A stretch of 64,000 bases of DNA. It comes from a virus. Below the pieces are notes generated by a model, which was given only the letters and a program-made list of their open reading frames with translations, did no database searches and was not told where the DNA came from. Positions 31,979 through 43,233 of the stretch are shown here, one piece after another (the first letter of the stretch is position 1; the number at the start of each line of letters is the position of its first letter). Position numbers and translations under genes: made by a program. The stretch lies in the IMG/VR virus record IMGVR_UViG_3300045988_062714, positions 36,078 to 100,077 of that record; one strand, 5' to 3'.

Positions 31979-33178
31979 TTACTCATAATCGCGAATACAT
32001 TTTAGTACAGGTTGCAATGGAGTACCTTCATCAGACAGATAGAAATACTTAACAGTAGCCATCTTTCCTATCAGCTCCTTAAGTCTTTCCCTATATTGTT
32101 GTTTAAGTTCTCTAGAACCCATTGGTTTAGCTTTAAATTCTATACCATCTTCTGTTATTAGCGTAAAACACATATCTTCTTCCCGAAGACCTTCTGATAA
32201 ACCAGTAATTTCAAACTCTGCATCCTTGTAGAATTTAAATTTAAGCATATCATTAGTACGTTTTCCGAAGCCATACTCTTTATCAGGATTTCTACATACT
32301 ACTCCTTCCCAACCTTCTGATACATACTGGTCGTGGAGTTTCATTATATTCTCATATCCAGAAACCTTCTCCTGTGGAACTAATTGCATTTGAAGTTCTC
32401 CTTCTTCCCATTCTCTATTTGGGTCAAATCCAAGATTAAGTTCCTTTTGCAACTGCTTAAGAATCTCTAATCTATCTGAGAACTTCATTCCAGGAATCAT
32501 GATGTCGTAAACATAATATTCAAGCCAGTCGCAGTCAACTGCGTTCTTCTCAAGACGAGCTGCTCCACTGATTTGTTGGAGGCTTTTACCATGTTTATAC
32601 AACTCTCCATCAAGTATGTAAGCGGGATGAGATTCGAAGAACTTAAGCAATTTCTCATTTCTTCTGATATGACCTGTTGAATAGTCATAATTTCCCCCTC
32701 CCCTAGAAGCAGATAAAATCTCACCATCCTTGTAGTAGAAGGAACACCTAACTCCATCAATTTTTCGGCTAGCATACCAATACTTGACCTTATTGATTGA
32801 GGATTCTTTAACCTTATCTGCAGATTTTGCAAGCATATGCTTTGCAAATCCATTCTGGTCCGTCTTGATGTCTCCATAAAACTCCTCCAATTGCGTTTCA
32901 CTGTAGGTTTCCGGATCATTTTCCATTTCCTTGTAACCTTTATCTAAATATTTCTTAAGCTCAGACTTAAACTGTAACTCAAGCTGCTCTCTATGCGTTC
33001 TACCAGCCTTACCCTTAGTAATAACGATTTCTGGCTGTTCTGTCATCTTTCCATGTAGCTGTCCAGTAACTCTATTTATTACAAATCCAGCTTTTTCTTC
33101 ATCCCACTCTTCAGTAGTAGATAGGTATACAACTCTAAATTTACCAGTAGAGGCTTTGCTTAACAAATATTTAATCAT
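31979..33178 (-). CDS. lig: ATP-dependent DNA ligase (could alternatively be an RNA ligase).
   Basis: Motif I KIDGVR, motif III ILDGELY, motif IV EGVVCR, motif V MLKFK. Confidence 0.6.
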   Translation of the reverse strand: MIKYLLSKASTGKFRVVYLSTTEEWDEEKAGFVINRVTGQLHGKMTEQPEIVITKGKAGRTHREQLELQFKSELKKYLDKGYKEMENDPETYSETQLEEFYGDIKTDQNGFAKHMLAKSADKVKESSINKVKYWYASRKIDGVRCSFYYKDGEILSASRGGGNYDYSTGHIRRNEKLLKFFESHPAYILDGELYKHGKSLQQISGAARLEKNAVDCDWLEYYVYDIMIPGMKFSDRLEILKQLQKELNLGFDPNREWEEGELQMQLVPQEKVSGYENIMKLHDQYVSEGWEGVVCRNPDKEYGFGKRTNDMLKFKFYKDAEFEITGLSEGLREEDMCFTLITEDGIEFKAKPMGSRELKQQYRERLKELIGKMATVKYFYLSDEGTPLQPVLKCIRDYE

Positions 33179-34267
33179 GAATAGTTACCTTATAATCATC
33201 ATAGTCTAATACATCATCTAGTCCACTGTAGTCATATTCATTCTCGATTAAGGTTTTCAAAAGCTCTTCATCGCTAACGAACTCTTCCTCTATATATTTC
33301 TTTAGCCATTCTTCCTGTAAATCTTCTCCTAATACAATATTTTTGTGTACTGTAATAGTGACTACTTTCTTTTTAAGTTCTTCTAGTGTCATTTCTGATA
33401 GTCCTTAACTAAGTTCCACAAATCATCTATAGTATCAGTAGGAATTATATTTCCGTCTTCATCATAAGCTTCATTAGGAAGACTATTTTTGAATAGTCCA
33501 GGCTTCTCAAACAACCACCAATTAACCCAGTCCACTCCTTCATCAGAGAACAATTCCGGAAGTACTGTATTTAAGAATCCCCAACCTAGTTCGGATATAG
33601 GAAGTTCAAACAAATCAATTCCAAAATCAGACCATCTATCCAATTCCTTAGAATAGTTCTGAGCATTTTCAATAAGCTTTACAAATCCTTCTTTAGTCAT
33701 AGTAGTAATTATTTTAATATTCTTTTTGTAATATCTGTCTTCCAACCGCAATCGCACTCCTCGGCTGCTATCTTAAATGATTCCTCTAGGTCTCCACTTT
33801 CCATATACTCTGCAATTAATATATCAGTGTCTACATCGTATTTATCAACAATTCTTTCAGTGACTATTTTAACTGCAACACCTTCGAGTTCGTCATAGAT
33901 AACATCTTCCAACTTACTCATTAATTCATCCCATTCATCACTTAGTTTAGCTGTGGTAGACTTGCTGTCTTCTTCTCTCATAGCTTCTTCGAGTTCTAAT
34001 ATTTTAGACCTCAATTCCTCTTTAGTCATGGTACTTTTAATACATTTTTAACAACAATTTCCTTTTTCATCTTACCAAATTGCTTCTCGATTTCTTCTGG
34101 AATATTTACTCGTATATCCATTAGGGAAGTTAGATACTTGACTTTGTCTCTTATATCATCAATAAAGTGATAATTAGTTTTGATTTGATTACTAATGTCC
34201 TCAACTCTCCGCATGAGACAAAGTATTAGGGCTAAGTTACATAATCCCAATACCATTAATACCCATA

Positions 34268-34849
34268 TCATACTCCAGTATGTCCAAATCCTCCTTCTCC
34301 TCGTTCAGTAGAAGGTAATTCTTCGACAACTTCCCATTCTATAGTTTCATGCTTAGCAATAACTATTTGGGCAATTCTTTCTCCATCAGTAATTCTAACT
34401 GGGACATTAGAAGTGTTCACTAATACAACTCCAATCTCTCCTCTGTAGTCGGCGTCAATGGTTCCAGGTGAATTAAGGACAGTAAGTCCCAATTTTAATG
34501 CAAGACCGCTTCGTGGTCGAACTTGCGCCTCGTAACCCTTAGGTAAAGCTATAAACAATCCAGTCGGAATCAAACATCTACCTCCGGGCTTTATTTCAAT
34601 AGTAGAAGCAACGGGAATACTAGGAACTCTTCTATCAGTAAGATTTCCTTCCTTGTCTACCACAAATGGACCATTTGGATCTTCAATTTTACTAATAGCT
34701 ACAACATCAGCATCGAAAAAGAATTTCTCAGGCTTATTGTCTACTAACTTAATTCTACTAAAGTCTCCTCTAATATCCATACCTGCTGATAAGGGAGTTT
34801 CATACTGAGGAAGTTGATGTCTTGATTTATTAATTATGAGTACTTTCAT
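34268..34849 (-). CDS. dut: dUTPase / dCTP deaminase family enzyme.
   Basis: RSGLALK and [17 protein letters not shown] motifs. Confidence 0.6.
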   Translation of the reverse strand: MKVLIINKSRHQLPQYETPLSAGMDIRGDFSRIKLVDNKPEKFFFDADVVAISKIEDPNGPFVVDKEGNLTDRRVPSIPVASTIEIKPGGRCLIPTGLFIALPKGYEAQVRPRSGLALKLGLTVLNSPGTIDADYRGEIGVVLVNTSNVPVRITDGERIAQIVIAKHETIEWEVVEELPSTERGEGGFGHTGV

Positions 34850-35384
34850 GTAATAAAATAAATTCAGTTAAATAAAATCTTGCATCTATAACACACTTAG
34901 GAACTAGTCCTTCTAGGCTTAAATTAGATCTTAGGGCATCTCTTACAACAGTAGCCGATATACCTTCTTCTACCTGTTCTCTTGCCATGAGAGTCATTGA
35001 TATATAACCCTTCAGCATAAACTTTGGAAACCATGTTGTAATAATTTCGTATCCATCGCTATAGTAGATATTAAAATGGGACTCTTTTATAATACTAACT
35101 ATGTTAGCATATAAATAGAATCCCCAATCCTGAGAGTTATCAGACTCATCAGTCAAATCATTAAGAGGCTGAATGATACATCTACTAAGTAAACCTTCGT
35201 CCTCTAAGGCAGTTTCTAGTAATTTTATCCTAACCTTTATAGGAATAGGATTACGCTTGTTTACTTTATCAGCACTACCAACTAACAAAAGAACCTTATC
35301 GTTCTCTGAACAAGCTTTTTTAATTAAAGCTAGGTGCCCATTGTGAATGGGCTGAAACCTAGCTAAAATAACTCCATATTTCAT
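34830..35384 (-). CDS. NMN adenylyltransferase-like nucleotidyltransferase (NadM/NadR-type).
   Basis: [12 protein letters not shown] (HxGH motif in the GRFQPxHxGH context). Confidence 0.55.
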   Translation of the reverse strand: MKYGVILARFQPIHNGHLALIKKACSENDKVLLLVGSADKVNKRNPIPIKVRIKLLETALEDEGLLSRCIIQPLNDLTDESDNSQDWGFYLYANIVSIIKESHFNIYYSDGYEIITTWFPKFMLKGYISMTLMAREQVEEGISATVVRDALRSNLSLEGLVPKCVIDARFYLTEFILLHESTHN

Positions 35385-36300
35385 TTCTGATCTTTTGGTT
35401 TTATCTCTGTTGTTTTAATTATTTCCCTAAAGTCGAGCAATTTCCAGTTCTGCCTCTTATACTTCTTATGGTCTTGTGAAAAATCTTTTAAATCAGATTT
35501 GGTACAGAACAAAGCAAAGGCATAATCAACAATAATCTCAGAAATCTTTTCATAATTCTGTTCCTTGTTTGTAGTCAGGTTGAGAATTACATCATCAATC
35601 TCTAAGTCTGGACAATTATACTTAGCTGGAATATAATTTTTGTCGTTGTAATATACACAAACGATGTTAGTAAATTTTCTTATCATACACTTAATTCGTA
35701 GAGTCTTATTGGAGTAAATTCAAATATAAACCACTCTCTATCTGCATCCTGGAACATACTAGAGTCCCAATCTATCATGGTAATTCTCTGTATTATCTTA
35801 GTCGGCTCACTATCAATAATTAGAGGAAGCCCAACCTTAAACGCTCCAGTTATCCCTTCGTACACTTTACCAGCGCCTGACCTATGACTAACTTTAATCA
35901 TTCCGTGCTTGGAGTGCAAGAGATTTTCTTCTTCTTCAGTAAAGTCCTTGAAGATATTCTCTTCAAGTCCTTTTATCAGAAGTTTCTTCCTTTCAATAAT
36001 ATCTTTAACCTTCAATTCTACCATACACTACAGGATTATTTAATGCTTTCATTATCTCTTCTATGGTACAAGTATTAGCTTCACTGTAGAATGCCATTAC
36101 TGGAGCTGCATCATTATCAATTAATACAGCAAATGGAGTATGTCTAGCGCTAAAACCTCCCTTAAGCTTGAAGGCGTTTTTACGTTCCTTAAACAAGCCT
36201 TCATGGTAAGTTTGTAATTCTACTAAAGGATATTTAGAAAGAACCTTTTTTAATTCGTCAACCAGATGTTGACTGTTATCATCATATGCAACCTTAAGAA

Positions 36301-36804
36301 TCATTTCCAAAAACGTGATGTTATGTCTTTAACTATGGGTTTTCCACAGCTATTATCTATATGAAGCATAACTTGATTAGTTGTCTTACTATTTAAAGGC
36401 CCGTTTTCTTCAATATATGGACCTAGCTTGATATAATCGAAATGCTTCATATTCACGTGCTCTGATAGTTCTTGTCTACCTGAGTACCATGCCACTTTTA
36501 AATTCGGATAATAATCTTTAACAAAACTAGCTAACACATTTACTAAGTGAGGGTCAGAATCCCCTCCCATAAATGCTATACACGAAATACCATCTGTAAT
36601 TAGTTCGTCTAGATGAATAATGTAATCATCAGAGAACCCCTGCGGATATTCAATTAATGGTTTACCTATATCTTCGGCTAGGTATTGACTATGACATCCT
36701 TTACAATGACAAGGACAGTTAGATATATTTATAGCTAATGTAATCTCATCCGGAATTTCCTGAAAGACTACTCTGGCATCAACATATTTAAGCATACTCC
36801 TCAA
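36301..36804 (-). CDS. nrdG: Anaerobic RNR activating protein NrdG (radical SAM).
   Basis: CPCHCKGC (CxxxCxxC), positioned next to nrdD. Confidence 0.65.
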   Translation of the reverse strand: MRSMLKYVDARVVFQEIPDEITLAINISNCPCHCKGCHSQYLAEDIGKPLIEYPQGFSDDYIIHLDELITDGISCIAFMGGDSDPHLVNVLASFVKDYYPNLKVAWYSGRQELSEHVNMKHFDYIKLGPYIEENGPLNSKTTNQVMLHIDNSCGKPIVKDITSRFWK

Positions 36805-37453
36805 TCTTTTTAGTTTCTGTATCTAATATAAAAGGTCTTCTTACGTCTAAGCAAGCAAACTTGTCAGTAATAATGGGTTCTGATTCCAATTGAGTATGCC
36901 CAAATATTTGATAATATGTAGACTCTCTATCTCCTTCTCTGACATCGCTCCATACCATACTGCCTGTATTAGACCACCCTCCTCTCATACGAGATACTTC
37001 CCATAGGAAGCCAACTAGAAAGTCCTCAGGCTTAGTAATTAGGTCAGTAATAGTAAAATCCATACTCTTTAACCAATCATTAGTAACTCCAGCATGAGTA
37101 TATAGAATACCTTCCGAGAAGTATTTGAGTTGGAATAGAGACTTGAAATTCTCAAACATTTCCTTAATTAGCTCTGCATTAGCGTAATCATACCTAGAAG
37201 CACTTCCGAAATCATAGCAATAAGCACAGTCGTGATTTCCAAGGAGTAGTATTACCTTATCGGGATTATCAACTTTGAATTGGATAATCTCTTTAAACTC
37301 CTCTATCGCATTCTCTCTAGTAATACCTTCATAACCATATGGGTCGAGGTAGTCCCCTAAAAAGACTACCTTATCCACACTATTAATCTTCTCTTTTGCT
37401 TTTCTCCAGAATGGTCTACCGTGAACATCTGGAATAATTAAAACTTTACTCAT
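36788..37453 (-). CDS. Ser/Thr-phosphatase-like metallophosphoesterase.
   Basis: Motifs DVHGR, GDYLDPYG and GNHD. Confidence 0.6.
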   Translation of the reverse strand: MSKVLIIPDVHGRPFWRKAKEKINSVDKVVFLGDYLDPYGYEGITRENAIEEFKEIIQFKVDNPDKVILLLGNHDCAYCYDFGSASRYDYANAELIKEMFENFKSLFQLKYFSEGILYTHAGVTNDWLKSMDFTITDLITKPEDFLVGFLWEVSRMRGGWSNTGSMVWSDVREGDRESTYYQIFGHTQLESEPIITDKFACLDVRRPFILDTETKKIEEYA

Positions 37454-37455
37454 TT

Positions 37456-39627
37456 TTAATTTACTTCTTTAGAATATGTTCTTTTCTCAGCTTCTATTCT
37501 TCTATCTTTACCAAAAGCAGTGATAGGTCTTAGATAGCCAATAATTCTGGTATATTGAGTAATATGTTCACTCCCACATTTAGGACATACCTTAATGGGA
37601 GCTTTCACAATATGTTTACAATCCTCGCACTTACTATTAGGAATATTGAACGTGAAGTAATTAGTTCCTTGCTGAATAGCAAAGTCTATAAGCTTCAAGT
37701 ATTGCTCCTTAGATAGATGTTCCTCCAAGTTAATGTGGGCTGCACTACCTCCATCTGTATACTGATAAGTCTGCCTTCCATGAAGTATAAACTTATCTAA
37801 TACAGATGTGTCATCATGGGCATTATAGAAATAACTATTGTATAGATTCCTATCTTCAGGAACCCAATAGCCATCTGCTTTATCCCATTTATAATTCTTA
37901 CCACCAAGTCCCTCTGCTGGAACAACTTCAGAATTAAATAGGAAAGGTCTTTTCTTATCGTAGATGGAATGAATCTTATTCTGCTCCTTAATAGTTCCGA
38001 GGATTAGTTGCAAGAACTCGAAATACTCTGGATTATTAGATACTTTCAGTCCTAGGAACTCAGCAGCTTCATTCAGACCATTTAGCCCAATAGTACTATA
38101 TAGGTCTTTGATGTTTATATAACCTCCATTTGAAGAAGCAAACATCTTCTTATCCTCCCACTCATAGAGCATGGTCTTATAGGTAATGTGATACTTGTAT
38201 ACTCTCTCTAGAATATCTATTAGATATTTTTTGAGTAGGGCAACATTATCTTTACAATGCAAGAGATTTTTGTCTCCATCTTCACTCCACCAAGTAGTTT
38301 CTTGTCTAGCCCAATCTTGGACAATTCTGTTAATATTCAGAGTAATAACATTACAAGAACCTGTCTTTACACCAGTCATACCAGAGGTAGGACTAAATGT
38401 ATTTTCAGCTAATTCATTACGAAGACGACAACAAGATGCAAGACTATCTGCACTGTCTGAGATATAGGTAAAGAAACTATGACCTTGAGAATACATTTCT
38501 GCACATAAGTCTTTATAGTTCTTATCTATAATGTCTTTACCGTCATGCACCATAGCAAAGGTTTCTACTGGAAATGTCAGAACTTGTTTCAAGCGAAGTT
38601 TATTAAACCAAGACATGAACAATCTCTGTAAAGTATCAATTGCTACCCATTCTGGCTTAGTTCCGTCTGGATAGTAAAATTCTCCAAATAGAGATTCAAA
38701 ATAGGTCTTATCGTAGTACGAAACATTAGTAAAGGGAGATTGATAACTTCTGTTTCCAGCAGGTTGATTAATTCCCCAAACAAACTGTTTAAAAGCTTTA
38801 AGGATAGAGTCTTCGATAGTTCTCTTAATAAGAGAATGTTCCGAAGTACATATACAGTCGAGCTTCTCGTACCACTTTTCTCCGTATTCAGCAATAATAT
38901 AATAGTTAAGTGCAATAAAATAGCTACCTACAGCAACTGCTCCTTTACATTGAGAGGACAATAGAAATACTAAGTTAGTAACTTGTCCACTGAATGACTG
39001 CAAATCATTAGGAGGGCCAGGAGTAACTCCATCAATATTACCTACTCCCTCTAACATTAGGGGGTATAACGAGACTGCCATACAATACTGTTTAAGTACT
39101 GACGTAGAAGCCTCATCGTGGGTATAAATAATATGACTGTCTAGGTCTTTAGAATATTGAGAAGAGAGTTCGGGATAAAGAAGCTTTAATTTCTTCTTCA
39201 TACGATAGCGCTGAATTTCTCTGTTCTCGCGCTTTCTATCTTCACTCTCTAATGTAGCAACGTTCTTAGATACAACATTAGCATTTCCATCTGTTTCAGA
39301 TGAAGTAGCTGCATTTTCGGAACTATTAATATAGTTATCTTGATAACTAATCTTAGCTATGATTTCTCTAAGTCTAGATTGTTCACTTCTATACTGAGAA
39401 TATGCTGAGGCTACATCATCGTAACCATAGTCCCTCAAGGTTTCTATTACTACGTCCTGAATCTCTTCTATAGTAATGCCGTCCCATAAATGCATATCAG
39501 CCACCATAGCTGTAATGACTTCTTTATTTTCTTCAGGACAGCAAGCATTAAATGCTTTAGATATTGCTTCTACTATCTTATTACCGTCAAATTCCTGTAA
39601 ACTTCCGTCTCTCTTTACTACTTGCAT
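37456..39627 (-). CDS. nrdD: Anaerobic ribonucleoside-triphosphate reductase NrdD (class III).
   Basis: 723 aa. C-terminal zinc ribbon CEDCKH...CPKCG plus glycyl-radical motif TRIIGYLRP. Confidence 0.8.
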   Translation of the reverse strand: MQVVKRDGSLQEFDGNKIVEAISKAFNACCPEENKEVITAMVADMHLWDGITIEEIQDVVIETLRDYGYDDVASAYSQYRSEQSRLREIIAKISYQDNYINSSENAATSSETDGNANVVSKNVATLESEDRKRENREIQRYRMKKKLKLLYPELSSQYSKDLDSHIIYTHDEASTSVLKQYCMAVSLYPLMLEGVGNIDGVTPGPPNDLQSFSGQVTNLVFLLSSQCKGAVAVGSYFIALNYYIIAEYGEKWYEKLDCICTSEHSLIKRTIEDSILKAFKQFVWGINQPAGNRSYQSPFTNVSYYDKTYFESLFGEFYYPDGTKPEWVAIDTLQRLFMSWFNKLRLKQVLTFPVETFAMVHDGKDIIDKNYKDLCAEMYSQGHSFFTYISDSADSLASCCRLRNELAENTFSPTSGMTGVKTGSCNVITLNINRIVQDWARQETTWWSEDGDKNLLHCKDNVALLKKYLIDILERVYKYHITYKTMLYEWEDKKMFASSNGGYINIKDLYSTIGLNGLNEAAEFLGLKVSNNPEYFEFLQLILGTIKEQNKIHSIYDKKRPFLFNSEVVPAEGLGGKNYKWDKADGYWVPEDRNLYNSYFYNAHDDTSVLDKFILHGRQTYQYTDGGSAAHINLEEHLSKEQYLKLIDFAIQQGTNYFTFNIPNSKCEDCKHIVKAPIKVCPKCGSEHITQYTRIIGYLRPITAFGKDRRIEAEKRTYSKEVN

Positions 39628-39628
39628 A

Positions 39629-40396
39629 TTAAATACCCATTACGTCCTTAATTAACAATGTCTTCTCGAATTTATTTACTAAGTCTCTCTTATCCTGAGT
39701 AATCAAGTCAGTAAATGCGTTATACACGGTAAATCCATCTACAACATTGTCTGTTGTATAATACTTAGATTTTTCATCATAAAACAAATCTTTATAAACA
39801 TCAATCGGAGCAGATTCAGCTAATTTTACAGAACCAAATCCCATGTTGATTTTAGAATTGATGCAGTTGTCAACCCAGTGACCTAGGTCAGCATATATAT
39901 CATCTTTCTTATACTCCATCTCTGAAAGTTTCTTAAGCATTAAGTTGGTTTCATCTGTCATCGACATAGCATTTCTTAAGAAGCTATAGTTAATAGCAGA
40001 TTCTGGCTCTAGCTCAGAAACATTTAACATTTCTGGATTAAATACACACAAGTTTAGACAAGCCATATTTAAAGCTCCTACATAGAACTTAACTAATGGT
40101 TTACGAGTATCAAGGGCATAAATCATACTAATTACTCTTTTATGATTATCCCAAGCATATTCATCCGGCAAAACACCTTGAATCCAAACTCTATTGTATA
40201 TTACATCATCAAAATTAATCTCCCCATCTTTAGTAAGCGATATTTGGTCAGCAGGCTTAGCATTAATGATAAAATTATCAGTCATTTTAGATACTCTGTC
40301 TATAAACGGAGTTACATAGGCTTCAGTAGTAAAATACTCTTTATCCTTAATTCTAGTTGCTTTCCCTTGCATCAATTGTTCAATCGTCAATTCCAT
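39629..40396 (-). CDS. Hypothetical protein.
   Basis: 255-aa ORF. Confidence 0.4.
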   Translation of the reverse strand: MELTIEQLMQGKATRIKDKEYFTTEAYVTPFIDRVSKMTDNFIINAKPADQISLTKDGEINFDDVIYNRVWIQGVLPDEYAWDNHKRVISMIYALDTRKPLVKFYVGALNMACLNLCVFNPEMLNVSELEPESAINYSFLRNAMSMTDETNLMLKKLSEMEYKKDDIYADLGHWVDNCINSKINMGFGSVKLAESAPIDVYKDLFYDEKSKYYTTDNVVDGFTVYNAFTDLITQDKRDLVNKFEKTLLIKDVMGI

Positions 40397-40398
40397 AT

Positions 40399-40989
40399 TT
40401 AAACATTATTATAGTAAATCTCCTTTAATAGGAGGTCTAATCTAAAGTGTTCATCCAATGCTTTAACCCTATGCCTTAGAGAATACATAGCTAATTCTGC
40501 AAAACTCTCTAATTCTGGTTCTTTGTATGCTTTGGAAGGTGAAACTCGAAAATATTTGCGCCATAAAGGTTCAAATTTTTCCATTAGAGTATCTATTTCC
40601 TTTCTCGGAATGTAGCAAAAATACCTTGCCGAATCGAGAAATACTCCATTGAAATTATCTACTCCTAAATGAGTACTAGTATCATAATACACGTTTCCTA
40701 AATACATCATAGCCTGTAATAAAGACCTATGTACGAAAACAGAGTTAATACCTATATCTCTTTTAGTTTCTTGAAGAATCCAGAACTTGACATTCCGGTT
40801 TTCATCATAGAACCTAACTATTCCATCTGTAGGTTTTCCCGCGATGGATTCTTTTCTTCCGATTATTAGAGGATTAACTAAGCTAAAATAGTTATAGAAA
40901 TGATTTTCTATTACATCTTCAAGCACACAACCTCTGTTTGTATAGAAATTAATTCTAATCTGAAGTCCTGTTATAGGAGTAAATTCCAT
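40399..40989 (-). CDS. Hypothetical protein.
   Basis: 196-aa ORF. Confidence 0.4.
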   Translation of the reverse strand: MEFTPITGLQIRINFYTNRGCVLEDVIENHFYNYFSLVNPLIIGRKESIAGKPTDGIVRFYDENRNVKFWILQETKRDIGINSVFVHRSLLQAMMYLGNVYYDTSTHLGVDNFNGVFLDSARYFCYIPRKEIDTLMEKFEPLWRKYFRVSPSKAYKEPELESFAELAMYSLRHRVKALDEHFRLDLLLKEIYYNNV

Positions 40990-41061
40990 TTAATTGTTAA
41001 TTAGTTGTTACACTTCCATAATTAAATTACGTTTAATATCTATTAAATATTGCTTATCTCA

Positions 41062-41100
41062 AAATAAAAAAGGAAGGCCACCCTTAGGCAGTCTTCCTTT
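41062..41100 (-). terminator. Rho-independent terminator of gene 41123-41680.
   Basis: Stem AAGGAAGGCC/GGC..CTTCCTT followed on the - strand by TTTTTTATTTT. Confidence 0.55.
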
Positions 41101-41122
41101 TAAACGTATATCTTTCAAGAAA

Positions 41123-41680
41123 TTAGGCTTCGATACCGAAAGCTAACCAAGTACCATTCTTGGTATTCTTAGAAGGAGTATATTGTGCAGTTGCTACTAC
41201 TGCCTGTCCTTCAACAACATCCTTAGTTTTCACCAACTCAGCATTTCCTTTATACTTACCGCTCTTATACAATTCTTTGATTGCGTTCTTAGCGTCAGCT
41301 TTGTTAGTATCAACTTGGCAAACAACAGTCTTAGTTTCTTTGTCAATCCACTTGTAGAAAGTCTTAAACTTACGCTTTCCATCACCTTTAACATCGTCAA
41401 TCTTGTACGGACGCTCACGAGTGTCTGCAACAGACGATTCGATAGTAATCAGATAACCAGCACCGGGGCAGTTCTTGCCTTTCTTAGCGAGATATTCAAG
41501 CATAAACTCTTTTACATCACGCTCAGTAATACCCTTAGTCTGTTTAGCTTTCCAATTTTTGTAAGCCTGAGTTGCATCACCATTTACATGGAATAATGTA
41601 CTTTCAACTTGTGCGATTGCTGCTTCTTTGCTTTCTGCTACTACTTCTACTTTCTTAAAATTCAAAATCGTTGTACTCAT
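41123..41680 (-). CDS. Lys-rich basic protein, probably abundant (candidate DNA-binding or early structural protein).
   Basis: 185 aa. Bracketed by a long AT-rich upstream region and a strong terminator. GC-richer codon usage than its neighbours. Confidence 0.4.
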   Translation of the reverse strand: MSTTILNFKKVEVVAESKEAAIAQVESTLFHVNGDATQAYKNWKAKQTKGITERDVKEFMLEYLAKKGKNCPGAGYLITIESSVADTRERPYKIDDVKGDGKRKFKTFYKWIDKETKTVVCQVDTNKADAKNAIKELYKSGKYKGNAELVKTKDVVEGQAVVATAQYTPSKNTKNGTWLAFGIEA

Positions 41681-42183
41681 AATAAATAAAATTTTTAAAC
41701 ATAAATCATTAACATATAATCTGAAATTATTTTTCCGTATCTAATCAGTATTGTTTCCCTTACTGATGTAATCAATTATACTACATCATACATAGAAACC
41801 CTAATCTTCAAATGTTAATTTTATGTTAAAGGACGTTAAAATCCTCTTAACTAAAAATCTCTTAAAATGGTACATAATTGTCGAGCAAAATCTGGAGCTG
41901 TTTGGGCATATCTTTCGGCTTAATACCAAAGTCAAGAAAAGTGGTACACCCATACATTAAATCCTCACAGATAGCCCCTAAAGACTTCAGAAAGGTATTT
42001 TTTTCTCCCTCCCTAAAATCTTTTCCGACTTTCAATAAAACATCATAACACGTTACCTTTTGACCTTTTTTCTTTAACTCATTAGTTATATAACAAGTAA
42101 GAGCAATACAGGCTAGTTTATCACCCATATTGCTCCCTAGGTAGTTTAAGGTAAAGTATTTTGAGTAAATTGATGACAATTGT

Positions 42184-43233
42184 TCAAAGCTGATATTTTG
42201 AAGGTCGTTCATCAAGAGAATAGTCTCTATAACCTATCTGATAGGCTACATACTTCAAAAGAGTCTTGAACTCATGAAATCCTTGTCGCAATTCCAAATA
42301 AGTAACTGGCCTAACCTTACTATAAAAGTTCGGAATGGTAGAAACTACTAAGTAATTAGCTTGCAATTTTGGATTCTCCAAGTTATAGAACTTTTCAGCA
42401 CACAACTTCAGAAGGTATAAATACATAGCAAACTCCCTACTATAGTGATACTTATTGATATTGGTATCAATTTCACTAACGATTTTTCCAATCGTCTTAA
42501 TATCATTCACTACAATAGTGTTAGTTTCTGTATCTATTGTATAATTATCTAGTTTGGACTTCAGGTGTAAGATAAACTTTTTTCCATTAGGGCAGGTCGC
42601 CTCCACGTCCAATAAAATAGCTTGCTCATTTTCAGAAATAGGTGTTTTAGTTATCCCTTCAGGATGTAAAAGTTTCTGCACTTGCTTATTGCTATTTAAT
42701 GCTGATACACAAGACTTTACGATTTCTAGTGATTTGTTGTCAAGATATATAATTTCCTTATCTTGTGTTAAATCAAATTCTTTTAGCTGTCTATTCTTCC
42801 AATAGTTAGTAGAAGCTTCAATCACAGATTTAGCTAGTTCCTTGGTAAGCTTTCCCTTATAATATTCGACCTTGTCTGATGCTTTCTTTACATCGTCAAA
42901 TGTCACTTCTCCTTTTAGAAAAACGGGATAGAGTTCATTAGCCATTGCTCCTAACTTTGCAGTAGGTTTACCAATGTCTTCTGACAGTTCAAAACTATCT
43001 GGCTGTAGCACCAATTCGTGTACAGCACTTCCAAGTTCCAGAGCAGAAGAGAAAGTATTTTTAAACCCAGTAAAGAATTTATCTGGATTACCATCCTGCC
43101 GAGGATTAATTAATCCTAAACGGGAATTACTAACGTATCCACTGTACTGTTCAGAAAAATATACCTTATCACTTATCTTCTCCAATCTTAGTGTGTCTAG
43201 CAGCGGCCTAAGCTTGATATCTTTTAATTCCAT
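42184..43233 (-). CDS. Hypothetical protein.
   Basis: 349-aa ORF. Confidence 0.4.
   Translation of the reverse strand: MELKDIKLRPLLDTLRLEKISDKVYFSEQYSGYVSNSRLGLINPRQDGNPDKFFTGFKNTFSSALELGSAVHELVLQPDSFELSEDIGKPTAKLGAMANELYPVFLKGEVTFDDVKKASDKVEYYKGKLTKELAKSVIEASTNYWKNRQLKEFDLTQDKEIIYLDNKSLEIVKSCVSALNSNKQVQKLLHPEGITKTPISENEQAILLDVEATCPNGKKFILHLKSKLDNYTIDTETNTIVVNDIKTIGKIVSEIDTNINKYHYSREFAMYLYLLKLCAEKFYNLENPKLQANYLVVSTIPNFYSKVRPVTYLELRQGFHEFKTLLKYVAYQIGYRDYSLDERPSKYQL

Noticed and set aside
31755-32919. Same-strand alternative-frame ORFs 31755-31970 and 32497-32919.
   Set aside because: Fully nested inside longer ORFs (the ligase gene and its neighbour) that carry clear motifs.
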